From NCBI GenBank assembly GCA_021324265.1, contig JAJPJK010000009.1, forward strand, positions 802 to 64,801: a stretch of 64,000 nt of DNA, in the 5' to 3' direction. This document shows positions 55,804-64,000 of the stretch, piece by piece. Position 1 is the stretch's first letter, and each line of letters begins with the position of its first letter. The position numbers and the translations under genes are program-made. Origin of the DNA: Thermoproteota archaeon. Its GTDB lineage: Archaea; Thermoproteota; Thermoprotei; Gearchaeales; Gearchaeaceae. A model generated the notes under the pieces. That model was given only the letters and a program-made list of their open reading frames with translations. It was not told the DNA's origin and made no database searches.

Positions 55804-56874
55804 ATGAATCAAATATTAAGAATTGCATTTCTCGCAACTGATTATGATAATCTTCTAGGTCAGCATACTGTTAAAGGTTTATCAGAATATTTAGCTGAAA
55901 AAGGTGTTGAAAATTACGCAATTGGATTAAGAAATATCTTTTTAGCACGAAGGATGACAGCAAATACAACTACAAGCATTATTAGAGATTTATTTGCTAA
56001 AATCTATTTTATTAGGATATTAAATAAGCCTAGAATATTTTATGAAAAAACTCTATTAAGAAATGTATTAACTAACTTGAAAATTAATTTTATAATCGTT
56101 AGTTTCCTTGATTCCCAAAACTCATTTTCAATAATAGATGCTGCTAAATATACAAATTCTAAATTAATTTTACTAGATATAGAAAGCCCTTATTGGACAG
56201 GTGGAGAAGATTGGGCAAACATAGCTAGGAATTCTAATCTAGTTCTTACAGCTGCAAAATATGGTGATCTATATTGGAAAAAAAGAGGAGCCAAGAATAT
56301 AATTTTCTTTCCACTTTTCTGCGATACTCGATATTTCAAGCCTCTTAATTTGGATAAAAGATATGACATATTATTCCTCGGTTCATATTATAAGGCTAGA
56401 GCAAAAGATTTGGATTCATTTTTAATACCGCTAATTAATAAATACAACAATAAGGTATCATTGGTCGGCTCTGGTTGGGAAATAAATCCTAATTTTAAAA
56501 AAGCTACTATATTACCTCCTGTGAATTGGAGGCTCACATCATATTTTTACAATTCTGCAAAGATTTGCTTGAACGTTCATCCTAAAGGAGTAAAAGAGCT
56601 AGGAGGCTTGAATTCAAGAAATTTTGAAGTCCTTGGGTGCAAATCTTTTTTGCTTTCAGATTACAATAAAGGTTTTGATGGCTTATTTGAAAATAAGAAG
56701 CACTTGGTCATTGCAGATAGCCCAAAGGAAATGATTGAACTTGCTGAATATTATTTAGATAACGAGGAAGAACTGGAAAAGATCGCTCAGCAAGGATATG
56801 AAGAAGTAATGCGCGCCCATACAATTGAGCATAGAGCAAAACAACTCTTGGGTATAATCAGCAAATTATATTAG
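55804..56874 (+). CDS. CgeB-like / Glyco_trans_1_2-type glycosyltransferase
   Basis: YDILFLGSYY, VSLVGSGW, LNSRNFEVLGCKSFLLSDY, AHTIEHRAKQL pattern of CgeB-family proteins. Confidence 0.55.
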   Translation: MNQILRIAFLATDYDNLLGQHTVKGLSEYLAEKGVENYAIGLRNIFLARRMTANTTTSIIRDLFAKIYFIRILNKPRIFYEKTLLRNVLTNLKINFIIVSFLDSQNSFSIIDAAKYTNSKLILLDIESPYWTGGEDWANIARNSNLVLTAAKYGDLYWKKRGAKNIIFFPLFCDTRYFKPLNLDKRYDILFLGSYYKARAKDLDSFLIPLINKYNNKVSLVGSGWEINPNFKKATILPPVNWRLTSYFYNSAKICLNVHPKGVKELGGLNSRNFEVLGCKSFLLSDYNKGFDGLFENKKHLVIADSPKEMIELAEYYLDNEEELEKIAQQGYEEVMRAHTIEHRAKQLLGIISKLY

Positions 56875-56876
56875 GT

Positions 56877-57227
56877 TTGTTGTTCGACCGAACTATTCTT
56901 GAAATTTTTCGATGTACAATGATAACTGTATATCTCGATGGTTATCCTTTAGATTGGAAACATGGACTAGCTACGGTCAGAAGATTGCGGTTAGAATACA
57001 GACCTAAAAATGTTTCATATTTGATCGATGTAAGAAAGATAGGTTATAATTTATCTCTTCTATACTCAAGACCGTCTAGAAGCATTCTCGAAAGATTAGC
57101 GTCAGGGATTTCATTGTCTTATCTATCAGGAAAAGGAGCTTATTATAGAATACTTACGAAAGCAGATCTTGAGCACATAATTAGAATTTATAGTTGTAAT
57201 CTACCTTCAATATATGAAGTAGATTGA
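56877..57227 (+). CDS. hypothetical protein (116 aa), doubtful
   Basis: TTG start 2 nt after the upstream stop. No motif. Arg-rich composition atypical for neighbours. Followed by a gene-fragment scar. Confidence 0.25.
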   Translation: MLFDRTILEIFRCTMITVYLDGYPLDWKHGLATVRRLRLEYRPKNVSYLIDVRKIGYNLSLLYSRPSRSILERLASGISLSYLSGKGAYYRILTKADLEHIIRIYSCNLPSIYEVD

Positions 57228-57271
57228 TTACCTATAGAATATTACCGTTATTATTAAAACATACCATTAAA

Positions 57272-57366
57272 TTTACATTAGTAAGGCCTGTACAATATCT
57301 ATATGTTTATGGTCCGAGGAGATTGCTTGGCGAAAATAATGTTAAGCTTACAAATAAAATAAACAT
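57272..57366 (+). repeat. 95-nt copy of codons about 18-49 of the gene at 60992 (second copy 61043-61137)
   Basis: Hand alignment shows 6 mismatches in 95 nt. The copy at 57272 has no start codon and ends in a stop (…KINIDGKN*). Confidence 0.8.
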
Positions 57367-57450
57367 TGATGGTAAAAATTAGGATTAACTAAGAATATTT
57401 TATGTAAGTATAAAATAATATATAAAAATTATACTATAAAATTAAGTAAA

Positions 57451-58554
57451 ATGAAACCAAAAGTAACTATCATTATTGTTGCATATAATGTCAGTAAAAT
57501 TAAAAATATTTTTAAAAAGTGTCTAGATAGTAGCCTAAATCTAAAGTATGATAATTACGAAGTAGTCGTAGTTAATAATGGTTCGACAGATGAAACAAAA
57601 GATATACTAATGGATTATGAAAATGATATTAAGATAATAAATTTAAAACATAACGTGGGTTATGCGCAAGGAAATAACATCGCATATAATATGACAAAAT
57701 CAGATTTTGTTCTTTTACTCAATAGTGATGCTATCCCAGAGCAGGATTCATTACAAGAAGTTGTTAAAGAAGGAATGAAGCCAGATATCGGAGCCGTTGG
57801 TGGGATCCAAATGGATTATAACAAAAAAAGAATAACAGCGCTTGGTCGCCTCTTCGATATTTACATGAGAACCATTGTTCCTAAAGAAGAGATAAGCATT
57901 AATGAAGTAAAAGCCTCATATTATACTTACATACCTGCATCTTTCTTATTAATAAAAAGAAGCACGATTAATACATTGTTTCCAAAAGAATTTTTTACGT
58001 ATTGGGAAGATGTCGAGCTTTGTATGCGGTTATGGAGTAGAGGTTATAAGGTTCTTTTAATTCCTCAAATAGTATGCGCTCATGAATTCGGAACAAGCGC
58101 AAGAGCTGCTACTAAACATAACGTAAAAACAAATGTAACCTTAAAACTCTCTTATACTAAGAATGGTACATTATTGTTATCAATTTTTAAAAAATATTTA
58201 ATAGATTCATATTTGATACAAGTTCTAAATATGTTAACATATTCAACAACAACGGAAATGTTACAATTACCAAGATATTTTTTCAAAAAACAGTTATACG
58301 ACTTTACTGGAGGGTATTTTCCTGGTCGAAGTTTAATAAGAATATGTTATCTATCTAAACCCCTTTCTACATTACAAGAATTTGGCCGGTATTATCCACT
58401 ATTAGCTAAGCTAAATAATACAAACAAAATAAGAATTATATTCGATATAAAAATTAAATCCTTCCCACCCGTAATACAATTATGTTATGATAATATAATT
58501 ATAACTGAAAAAGATATAGAAAAATCAAACAAAAAATTTATTATAGATAAATAA
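57451..58554 (+). CDS. family-2 glycosyltransferase
   Basis: VTIIIVAYN, VVVVNNGSTDET, LLLNSDA, YWEDVELCMR. Confidence 0.8.
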   Translation: MKPKVTIIIVAYNVSKIKNIFKKCLDSSLNLKYDNYEVVVVNNGSTDETKDILMDYENDIKIINLKHNVGYAQGNNIAYNMTKSDFVLLLNSDAIPEQDSLQEVVKEGMKPDIGAVGGIQMDYNKKRITALGRLFDIYMRTIVPKEEISINEVKASYYTYIPASFLLIKRSTINTLFPKEFFTYWEDVELCMRLWSRGYKVLLIPQIVCAHEFGTSARAATKHNVKTNVTLKLSYTKNGTLLLSIFKKYLIDSYLIQVLNMLTYSTTTEMLQLPRYFFKKQLYDFTGGYFPGRSLIRICYLSKPLSTLQEFGRYYPLLAKLNNTNKIRIIFDIKIKSFPPVIQLCYDNIIITEKDIEKSNKKFIIDK

Positions 58555-58861
58555 TAGCTTAAAGAATGTATGATTTGAAAACTTGTATAAAGATATCGCC
58601 ATATTTGAATATGATACAACAAAAATATTTTAAAAGTAAACTTGAATTAATATAGTTTTCACTATTATCGTTTTAATAACACATAAACAATATAAACTTA
58701 ATAAAGATGTATGTTCAGGACGCCGAAAATTTGGTATTGGCTGATGCAGAAAAGACATTAAAGGAAACAAGTCTTGAAGCAGAATGGTTTTAGATTCATT
58801 AGAAAACTTGATCAAAATGCATTGTTCATTAAATAAAAAATTTTAAAAAATTAAATAATTT

Positions 58862-59563
58862 ATGCTAAAAATGTTGACAATTAAATATATTCAAATGTTA
58901 TTATCCAGACTTAGAATATATCAAATTATGTACGTAATTATTGATATAATTATTTTAAAGCTTTTTACTCAGCTTATCAAATCTTCAAACAGGAAAATAG
59001 ACTTCGTTTTTTCACCTTTAGCTAGGAATCTCAGTATACAACAATCCAAATACGAGATAAATATGCTCAAGAATTTTTTGACTTTAATAGATTTAAAAAC
59101 GTTAATGGAAATAGGAACAGGGTTTGGAGGCACACTATACATACTTTGTCACCTCGCTCATGATGATGCGTTAATAATAAGCATTGATCAAGAACAAAAG
59201 CTATGGAGAATACCCGTGTATAAAGCTTTTAAAAAGAAGAAGCAAAAACTAGTAATGTTAAAAGGAAACTCTCATGATCCTTTAACTCTGGGAAAAGTAA
59301 AGTCAATACTTGGGAATAGGAAACTGGATTTCCTTTTCATAGATGGAGATCACTCATATGAAGGAGTGAAGAAGGATTTTGAAATGTATGGACCATTGGT
59401 TAAAGAAGGAGGAATTATAGCATTCCATGATATTAAACTTATCATAAGTGGAGTTCCAAAGTTCTGGAACGAAATAAAATCTAGCTTTAATAAAAATAAC
59501 ATAATAGAAATCATAGAGAATAATAATCAAGAATGGGCCGGAATAGGCATAATCTTAAAATAG
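58862..59563 (+). CDS. class I SAM-dependent methyltransferase (Methyltransf_24-like)
   Basis: LMEIGTGFGGT motif I, LDFLFIDGDHSYEGV, GGIIAFHDI. Confidence 0.7.
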   Translation: MLKMLTIKYIQMLLSRLRIYQIMYVIIDIIILKLFTQLIKSSNRKIDFVFSPLARNLSIQQSKYEINMLKNFLTLIDLKTLMEIGTGFGGTLYILCHLAHDDALIISIDQEQKLWRIPVYKAFKKKKQKLVMLKGNSHDPLTLGKVKSILGNRKLDFLFIDGDHSYEGVKKDFEMYGPLVKEGGIIAFHDIKLIISGVPKFWNEIKSSFNKNNIIEIIENNNQEWAGIGIILK

Positions 59564-59866
59564 ATTATGCAAATAATAATATAACATCTATAAGTAAACT
59601 TTCAAAAATTTAATCTTATTATAATAAAACTTTCATTTATTATGTTATTTTTTTATAGGATTTATTTTGTTATAAAATTGCCATTAAAAAATAGAAAAGA
59701 CATTTTAAATCCTGTGTTTCTTTAAACTTTTCGTAGATAAAATGCAACAAAATGCTTCTATATTTTAAAAAATGTTTTAAAAGACTGTCTTAAAGTTGTC
59801 ACGTCCCCAAACGGTTTATAGTAGTTTTATATTAATATATGGAATAATGTTTTTAAGTAAATTAAG

Positions 59867-60991
59867 ATGAAAGTCTTGTTAATAAATGATCAATTCGACA
59901 TTTATAGCTCAGGAGGTCATTGGAGAACATTAAATCTTGCAAAAGGTTTATATAACTTAGGTTTAAATGTATTTCTTGGTACTCCTTTTATTAAATTTAG
60001 TTTCGATGAACTTAGAAAAATTGATGCGAGTAAATTAAAACCTAAATTAATTAAGAATAATTACTTATATCATTTAATAAATGGGATATTTCCATTAAAA
60101 TATGGGTTCTCAAAAGAAAATTACAGCTTTATATATATACAACTACCTATGCCGATAACTAAAGGTCTATGCGATATTTTATTCAAATTCAGAAAAATAC
60201 CCACTATAATAGATTTTGGAGACTTATGGGGATTTAAAAATCAAAAAAGCTATTCTTCTATTATCCACGATAGTTTTCTAAAAATTATATTAAATAATTC
60301 TTCATTTATAACTGTTGCATCTAATGATTTAAAAAATTATATAAAAAATAGTACTCATAAAAATATATTCATATTAAATAATAGTGTTGATTGTATAAAT
60401 GAATTTAATCCAGATCTATATCCTAAAGAAAATGAGTTATATAAAAAGTATAGAGATAAGCTTATTATAACTTACTCAGGGACAGTTTCGAAATCAAAAA
60501 ATGTAGATTTAATTGTTGAGTTAGCAAGGAATTTATCTAGAGACATATTGAAAAATATAATTTTTCTTATAATAGGAGATGGACCATATCTAAATGAAAT
60601 GAAGAGCTCAGTTAAGAAACTAGGGCTTCAAGAATCTTTTCACTTTACTGGATTTTTATATAGAGAACAAATTCCATATTATTTAAGGATTTCGAATTTG
60701 GGAATCGTATCCTTGACAAAAATAAAAGGTGGGCTAATCAAACTAGCTGAATATATGGCTATGGGAGTTACTCCTATCGTTCCAGCAGAATCATGGCCTT
60801 CAGAACATATTAAGCATGGTTCAAATGGAATTGTAGTTGACAAATTTGAGGACATATTAAAATATATTGAAATATTTTACTTAAAACAAGAAATGCTAAC
60901 AAAAATATCGCAAGAAGCGAGGAATTACGCGCTTTTAAATTTCGATATAAGAGTAGTTTCAAAGGAATTACTACAATTAATTATTAAATAA
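59867..60991 (+). CDS. family-4 glycosyltransferase
   Basis: MKVLLINDQF N-terminus. YSGTVSKSKNVDLIVELA, IIGDGPYLNEMK, KLAEYMAMGVTPIV. Confidence 0.8.
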   Translation: MKVLLINDQFDIYSSGGHWRTLNLAKGLYNLGLNVFLGTPFIKFSFDELRKIDASKLKPKLIKNNYLYHLINGIFPLKYGFSKENYSFIYIQLPMPITKGLCDILFKFRKIPTIIDFGDLWGFKNQKSYSSIIHDSFLKIILNNSSFITVASNDLKNYIKNSTHKNIFILNNSVDCINEFNPDLYPKENELYKKYRDKLIITYSGTVSKSKNVDLIVELARNLSRDILKNIIFLIIGDGPYLNEMKSSVKKLGLQESFHFTGFLYREQIPYYLRISNLGIVSLTKIKGGLIKLAEYMAMGVTPIVPAESWPSEHIKHGSNGIVVDKFEDILKYIEIFYLKQEMLTKISQEARNYALLNFDIRVVSKELLQLIIK

Positions 60992-62014
60992 ATGGGTATA
61001 AAATCAATTTTATACATAACTAATTCTGTTTCAGCAAAAGACTTTACATTAGTAGGGCCTGTACAATATCTATATGTTTATGGTCTGAGGAGATTGCTTG
61101 GCGAGAATAATGTTAAGTTAACAAATAAAATAAATATCAAAGATATTGAAAATTATGATGCTATATTAATAGGAAGGGATTTATTAGATAATCTTACTAC
61201 AAGAAATATTACAAATAGTATTATAAATAAGTATAGTTGCAGGAAAGTTTTATCAATACTTGATACCGAAGAAGATTTATTAGTAGATAAAATCATATAC
61301 AATAATAATATTAAATGCTATATCAAAAGAGAAATCCCTAATTTTTTTATTAATAAAAAAATTTTAAAAAGATATCTAATGAGCTTTTTAAACCGAAAAT
61401 TTAATGTAGTTTTTTTAAGTGAGTATATAAAGTTTTACAATAAGGATCTGCTAATTCCATGTCCTTTAACATATCATCTGCTTAATAAGGAACTAATTGA
61501 GAAAACATTTTCAACAAAGAAATACCTAGTAAGTTACATTACCAATTTGCATCCTGCAACTGGGAATTTGTTTGGTAGGTTATACAGGTATGAAATACAT
61601 AAGGAAAGAATAAAATTGGCGGCTATTGCAAGAAGCGTGCCAAATTCTTTCGTGAGATTAGGCTACGGCTTGCCTGGAAGTGGACTCCCTTTTGAACAAT
61701 ATTGTAAAATTATTAGTGAGTCATACTCTTCATTGAACACTACAGCTTACGATAATTATCGAAGATACGAGATAACTTATTTAGGTTCTGTTCTCATTTC
61801 AGAAAGGCCCCTAGATATAACACCAAATGATTTTATTGAAGGAAAACATGCCTTTTTCTACGATAATATCAAAGAATTAAAGTCAATTTTAAAGGATTTA
61901 AAGGGTAGAGAAGATGAGCTAATAAAAATGGGCAGAGAAGCGAGAGAGCATGCAATTAAATATCATAGCCCTGAAGCAAGAGCTAAAACAATTCTTGAAG
62001 CGCTTAATAAATAA
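60992..62014 (+). CDS. CgeB-like / Glyco_trans_1_2-type protein
   Basis: C-terminal RRYEITYLGSVLISE...FIEGKHAFFYDNIKELKSIL...AREHAIKYHSPEARAK matches the CgeB-type C-terminal domain. Confidence 0.5.
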   Translation: MGIKSILYITNSVSAKDFTLVGPVQYLYVYGLRRLLGENNVKLTNKINIKDIENYDAILIGRDLLDNLTTRNITNSIINKYSCRKVLSILDTEEDLLVDKIIYNNNIKCYIKREIPNFFINKKILKRYLMSFLNRKFNVVFLSEYIKFYNKDLLIPCPLTYHLLNKELIEKTFSTKKYLVSYITNLHPATGNLFGRLYRYEIHKERIKLAAIARSVPNSFVRLGYGLPGSGLPFEQYCKIISESYSSLNTTAYDNYRRYEITYLGSVLISERPLDITPNDFIEGKHAFFYDNIKELKSILKDLKGREDELIKMGREAREHAIKYHSPEARAKTILEALNK

Positions 62015-63015
62015 TGCTAAAATTAGCTCTAATCGGTTTGGGATACTGGGGTAGGAATTATCTCAGAGTGCTTAAGCAAATTCCTGATGTAAATTTAGCA
62101 TATGTCTACGATACCGATCAGAATAAATTATTGAGAAGCAAAGATGTTATTGCAAGGAGTTTAGAGGAAATCATCGAAGATAAGGAGATAAACGCAGTGA
62201 TAATAGCTACCCCGGCTTCAACGCATTATGAAATAGGAAAGAAGCTCATCGAGAGCAATAAGCATGTTTTAATCGAAAAACCTTTAACGATGAAATATGA
62301 GGAAGCGTTGGAACTTGCTAAGCTGGCTAAAATTAAGAATAGAGTGCTCATGGTTGGTCATATTTATTGCTATAATAGCGCAATTAATTACATGAAAGAA
62401 ATCATTAAGGAAGAAAGGTTAGGAAAGCTTTACTATGGTTTTGGCTTGAGATGCGGATTCGGACCTATTAGGTATGATGCAAGCTGTACTTGGGATTTGG
62501 CTACGCATGATCTTGCAATGCTTGATTATTTGCTTGAAGACTTCCCAATAGAAATACAGGCGAGCGCGACATATTTTCTGAGAAAGGGAGTTTATGACTA
62601 TGCTAATATAAACCTTAGTTATGAGAATGGCTTTATTTTTAATCTAACCGTTAGCTGGTATGCAGCAGAAAAGATACGTAGCTGGTATCTTATAGGTTCT
62701 GAAAGAATGCTAAAGTTCGATGACACAAACAAAAACAATCCAATAGTTATCTATAATAAAAGAGTTAAAGAAGAGAAGCTAGGCGAATATAGCGAGATAA
62801 AGATGCTCGAAAGCGAAGCAGTAATTCCTTACATAAATTATGAAGAGCCTCTTTTGCTCCAAGTAATGCATTTCCTAGAATGTATAAAAGAAAACAAAAA
62901 GCCATTAAGCGACGCTCGACAAGGAGCAAGAATAGTTAAATTGCTAGAGCTCATCGATGAAGCAATTTTAAAAGGAGAGAGAATAAAGATTAGTAAAGAT
63001 AATGTTGAACAATAG
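62014..63015 (+). CDS. Gfo/Idh/MocA-family NAD-dependent sugar dehydrogenase (WbpB-like)
   Basis: LALIGLGYWGRNY Rossmann N-terminus, VLIEKPLT motif. ATG overlaps the upstream stop by 1 nt. Confidence 0.8.
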   Translation: MLKLALIGLGYWGRNYLRVLKQIPDVNLAYVYDTDQNKLLRSKDVIARSLEEIIEDKEINAVIIATPASTHYEIGKKLIESNKHVLIEKPLTMKYEEALELAKLAKIKNRVLMVGHIYCYNSAINYMKEIIKEERLGKLYYGFGLRCGFGPIRYDASCTWDLATHDLAMLDYLLEDFPIEIQASATYFLRKGVYDYANINLSYENGFIFNLTVSWYAAEKIRSWYLIGSERMLKFDDTNKNNPIVIYNKRVKEEKLGEYSEIKMLESEAVIPYINYEEPLLLQVMHFLECIKENKKPLSDARQGARIVKLLELIDEAILKGERIKISKDNVEQ

Positions 63016-63613
63016 ATTTGTAAGATTAGGAAAGAACTGTATTATCGACAAAAATGCACTCATAGGTTATATGCCCTCAAGGAATATTGGTGAACTCTAT
63101 TTGAATATTGGCGATAATGCTAGAATTCGCTCAGGCTCTGTGATTTATTTAGGATCGAGGATAGGAAATGATTTTGAAACAGGCCATAATGTTATAGTTA
63201 GGGAAGAGAACGAGATAGGTAATGAGGTAAAAATTTGGAGCAACAGTGTTATAGATTACGGTTGCAAAATAGGCAACAGTGTTAAGATTCATTGCAATTG
63301 TTACATTGCTCAACTAACAATCATAGAGGATGATGTATTCATTGCGCCTGGTGTAATGGTAGCAAATGAAAAATATCCAACAGGAAGATTCGATCCTAAA
63401 AGAATTAAAGGACCTAGAATAAAGAAAGGATCAAGAATTGGAATTGGTTCAATAATTATGCCCGGGATTACTATAGGAGAGAATTGCATCATAGGCGCCG
63501 GTGCTGTTGTGACCAAAGATGTTCCGCCTAATAGCATAGCTTATGGCGTACCTGCAAGAGTTGTTGAGAATATCGATAGCTTATTGAAAAGGAATGACAT
63601 CAGCTTAGAATGA
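63002..63613 (+). CDS. left-handed beta-helix (hexapeptide) sugar N-acetyltransferase (WbpD-like)
   Basis: Hexapeptide repeats IGDNARIRSGSVI, IGNEVKIWSNSVI, IGNSVKIHCNCYI, IGENCIIGAGAVV. Confidence 0.8.
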   Translation: MLNNRFVRLGKNCIIDKNALIGYMPSRNIGELYLNIGDNARIRSGSVIYLGSRIGNDFETGHNVIVREENEIGNEVKIWSNSVIDYGCKIGNSVKIHCNCYIAQLTIIEDDVFIAPGVMVANEKYPTGRFDPKRIKGPRIKKGSRIGIGSIIMPGITIGENCIIGAGAVVTKDVPPNSIAYGVPARVVENIDSLLKRNDISLE

Positions 63614-63713
63614 GTATACTCATAAATTTGTTAAATGGCCAAATCACCGAAATCACAAATTTACCTATATCTTTCTAAAGTATATTCAAAATCAAAATTA
63701 TTAAAGAGAAAAA

Positions 63714-64000
63714 ATGTCGAAATTGAAACCTAAAATACTACACGTCTATTTTTCTCATAGCGCTAGTGGATACCGACCAGGCTGGGCTAGATTTGACATA
63801 TTGACTGAAATGTTTAGGAGAAAAGGATACGAAGCATGGATTTTAGGTTACAAAATGAAATGGTCAAGTTTAAAACAGAAGTTATTTGGAGGGATTGAAA
63901 TAGATAAAAACAGTAAAGTTATCAATTTAATAATACCACACTGGTTATCTACAATAGATGTATTTCTAAATAACTTATTCTTAATTGGAGGATTTGGATG
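63714..64000 (+). CDS. probable glycosyltransferase, N-terminal fragment (runs off window end)
   Basis: Not in ORF track. ATG 63714. MSKLKPKILHVYFSHSASGYRPGWARFDILTEMFRRKGYEAWILG resembles a GT4 N-terminal domain. Confidence 0.4.
   Translation, partial: MSKLKPKILHVYFSHSASGYRPGWARFDILTEMFRRKGYEAWILGYKMKWSSLKQKLFGGIEIDKNSKVINLIIPHWLSTIDVFLNNLFLIGGFG

Noticed and set aside
58630-58815. 61-aa minus-strand ORF in an A/T-rich spacer
   Set aside because: It is the only minus-strand ORF in a 29-kb plus-strand cluster. It has no motif and sits in near pure A/T spacer. It is likely a chance ORF.
34218-64000. The accessory island begins immediately downstream of glmS, the classical Tn7/CAST attachment site, and near tRNA-Leu. 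Is it a mobile element or integrated island?
   Set aside because: No transposase (TnsA/B/C-like), integrase, Cas genes, terminal inverted repeats or duplicated tRNA fragment could be found in the island. The gene content is envelope and glycan biosynthesis. This is treated as a variable chromosomal locus, not a mobile element.
1-64000. Search for CRISPR arrays, rRNA genes, IS elements and long tandem repeats
   Set aside because: No regularly spaced direct repeats, rRNA-like G+C-rich structured regions or transposase-like ORFs were seen. The only repeats noted are the 95-nt duplication, the GT4 3' partial duplication and short promoter-region repeats.

Overview
AT-rich archaeal chromosomal segment. 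Archaeal hallmarks are aEF-1beta, L40e, Cdc48, FEN1, Pth2, EndA, a DGGGP-synthase-type UbiA enzyme and an intron-containing tRNA. Lineage was not determined.

Positions 1-34.2 kb are a mixed-strand housekeeping core. It holds hisS, lipid genes (UbiA prenyltransferase, two geranylgeranyl-reductase-family flavoproteins, a Tes-like radical-SAM enzyme), endA, an mtnA-like gene and speH. It also holds a complete pstSCAB-phoU operon with a divergent AbrB-PhoU regulator, ribL, pcm, fen1, cdc48, aspS, thiL, sufCBD-Rieske-sufU and glmS. There are four tRNAs: Lys-CUU, Val-CAC, Thr-CGU, and Leu-UAG with a 16-nt intron.

From 34.5 kb to the window end every supported gene is on the + strand. First comes an envelope module: sequon-rich secreted or anchored proteins, a split DUF1616 pair, and DUF4129-like, DUF4350-like, MoxR and DUF58 genes. 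It runs without real intergenic gaps into a glycan-biosynthesis island of more than 20 kb. The island has nine complete and one partial glycosyltransferase-type genes, a carbamoyltransferase, an AsnB-type amidotransferase, methyltransferases, and a WbpB/WbpD-like dehydrogenase plus acetyltransferase. It also contains four decayed gene remnants, a 95-nt duplicated segment and a visible drop in G+C.

The best candidates for an undescribed system are (i) the MoxR/DUF58 envelope module fused to the glycosylation operon, and (ii) a three-gene operon headed by a short HerA-like ATPase just downstream of the Tes-like gene.

No CRISPR array, rRNA, transposase or integrase was seen. All functional calls come from motif recognition by eye; no database search or computation was run.
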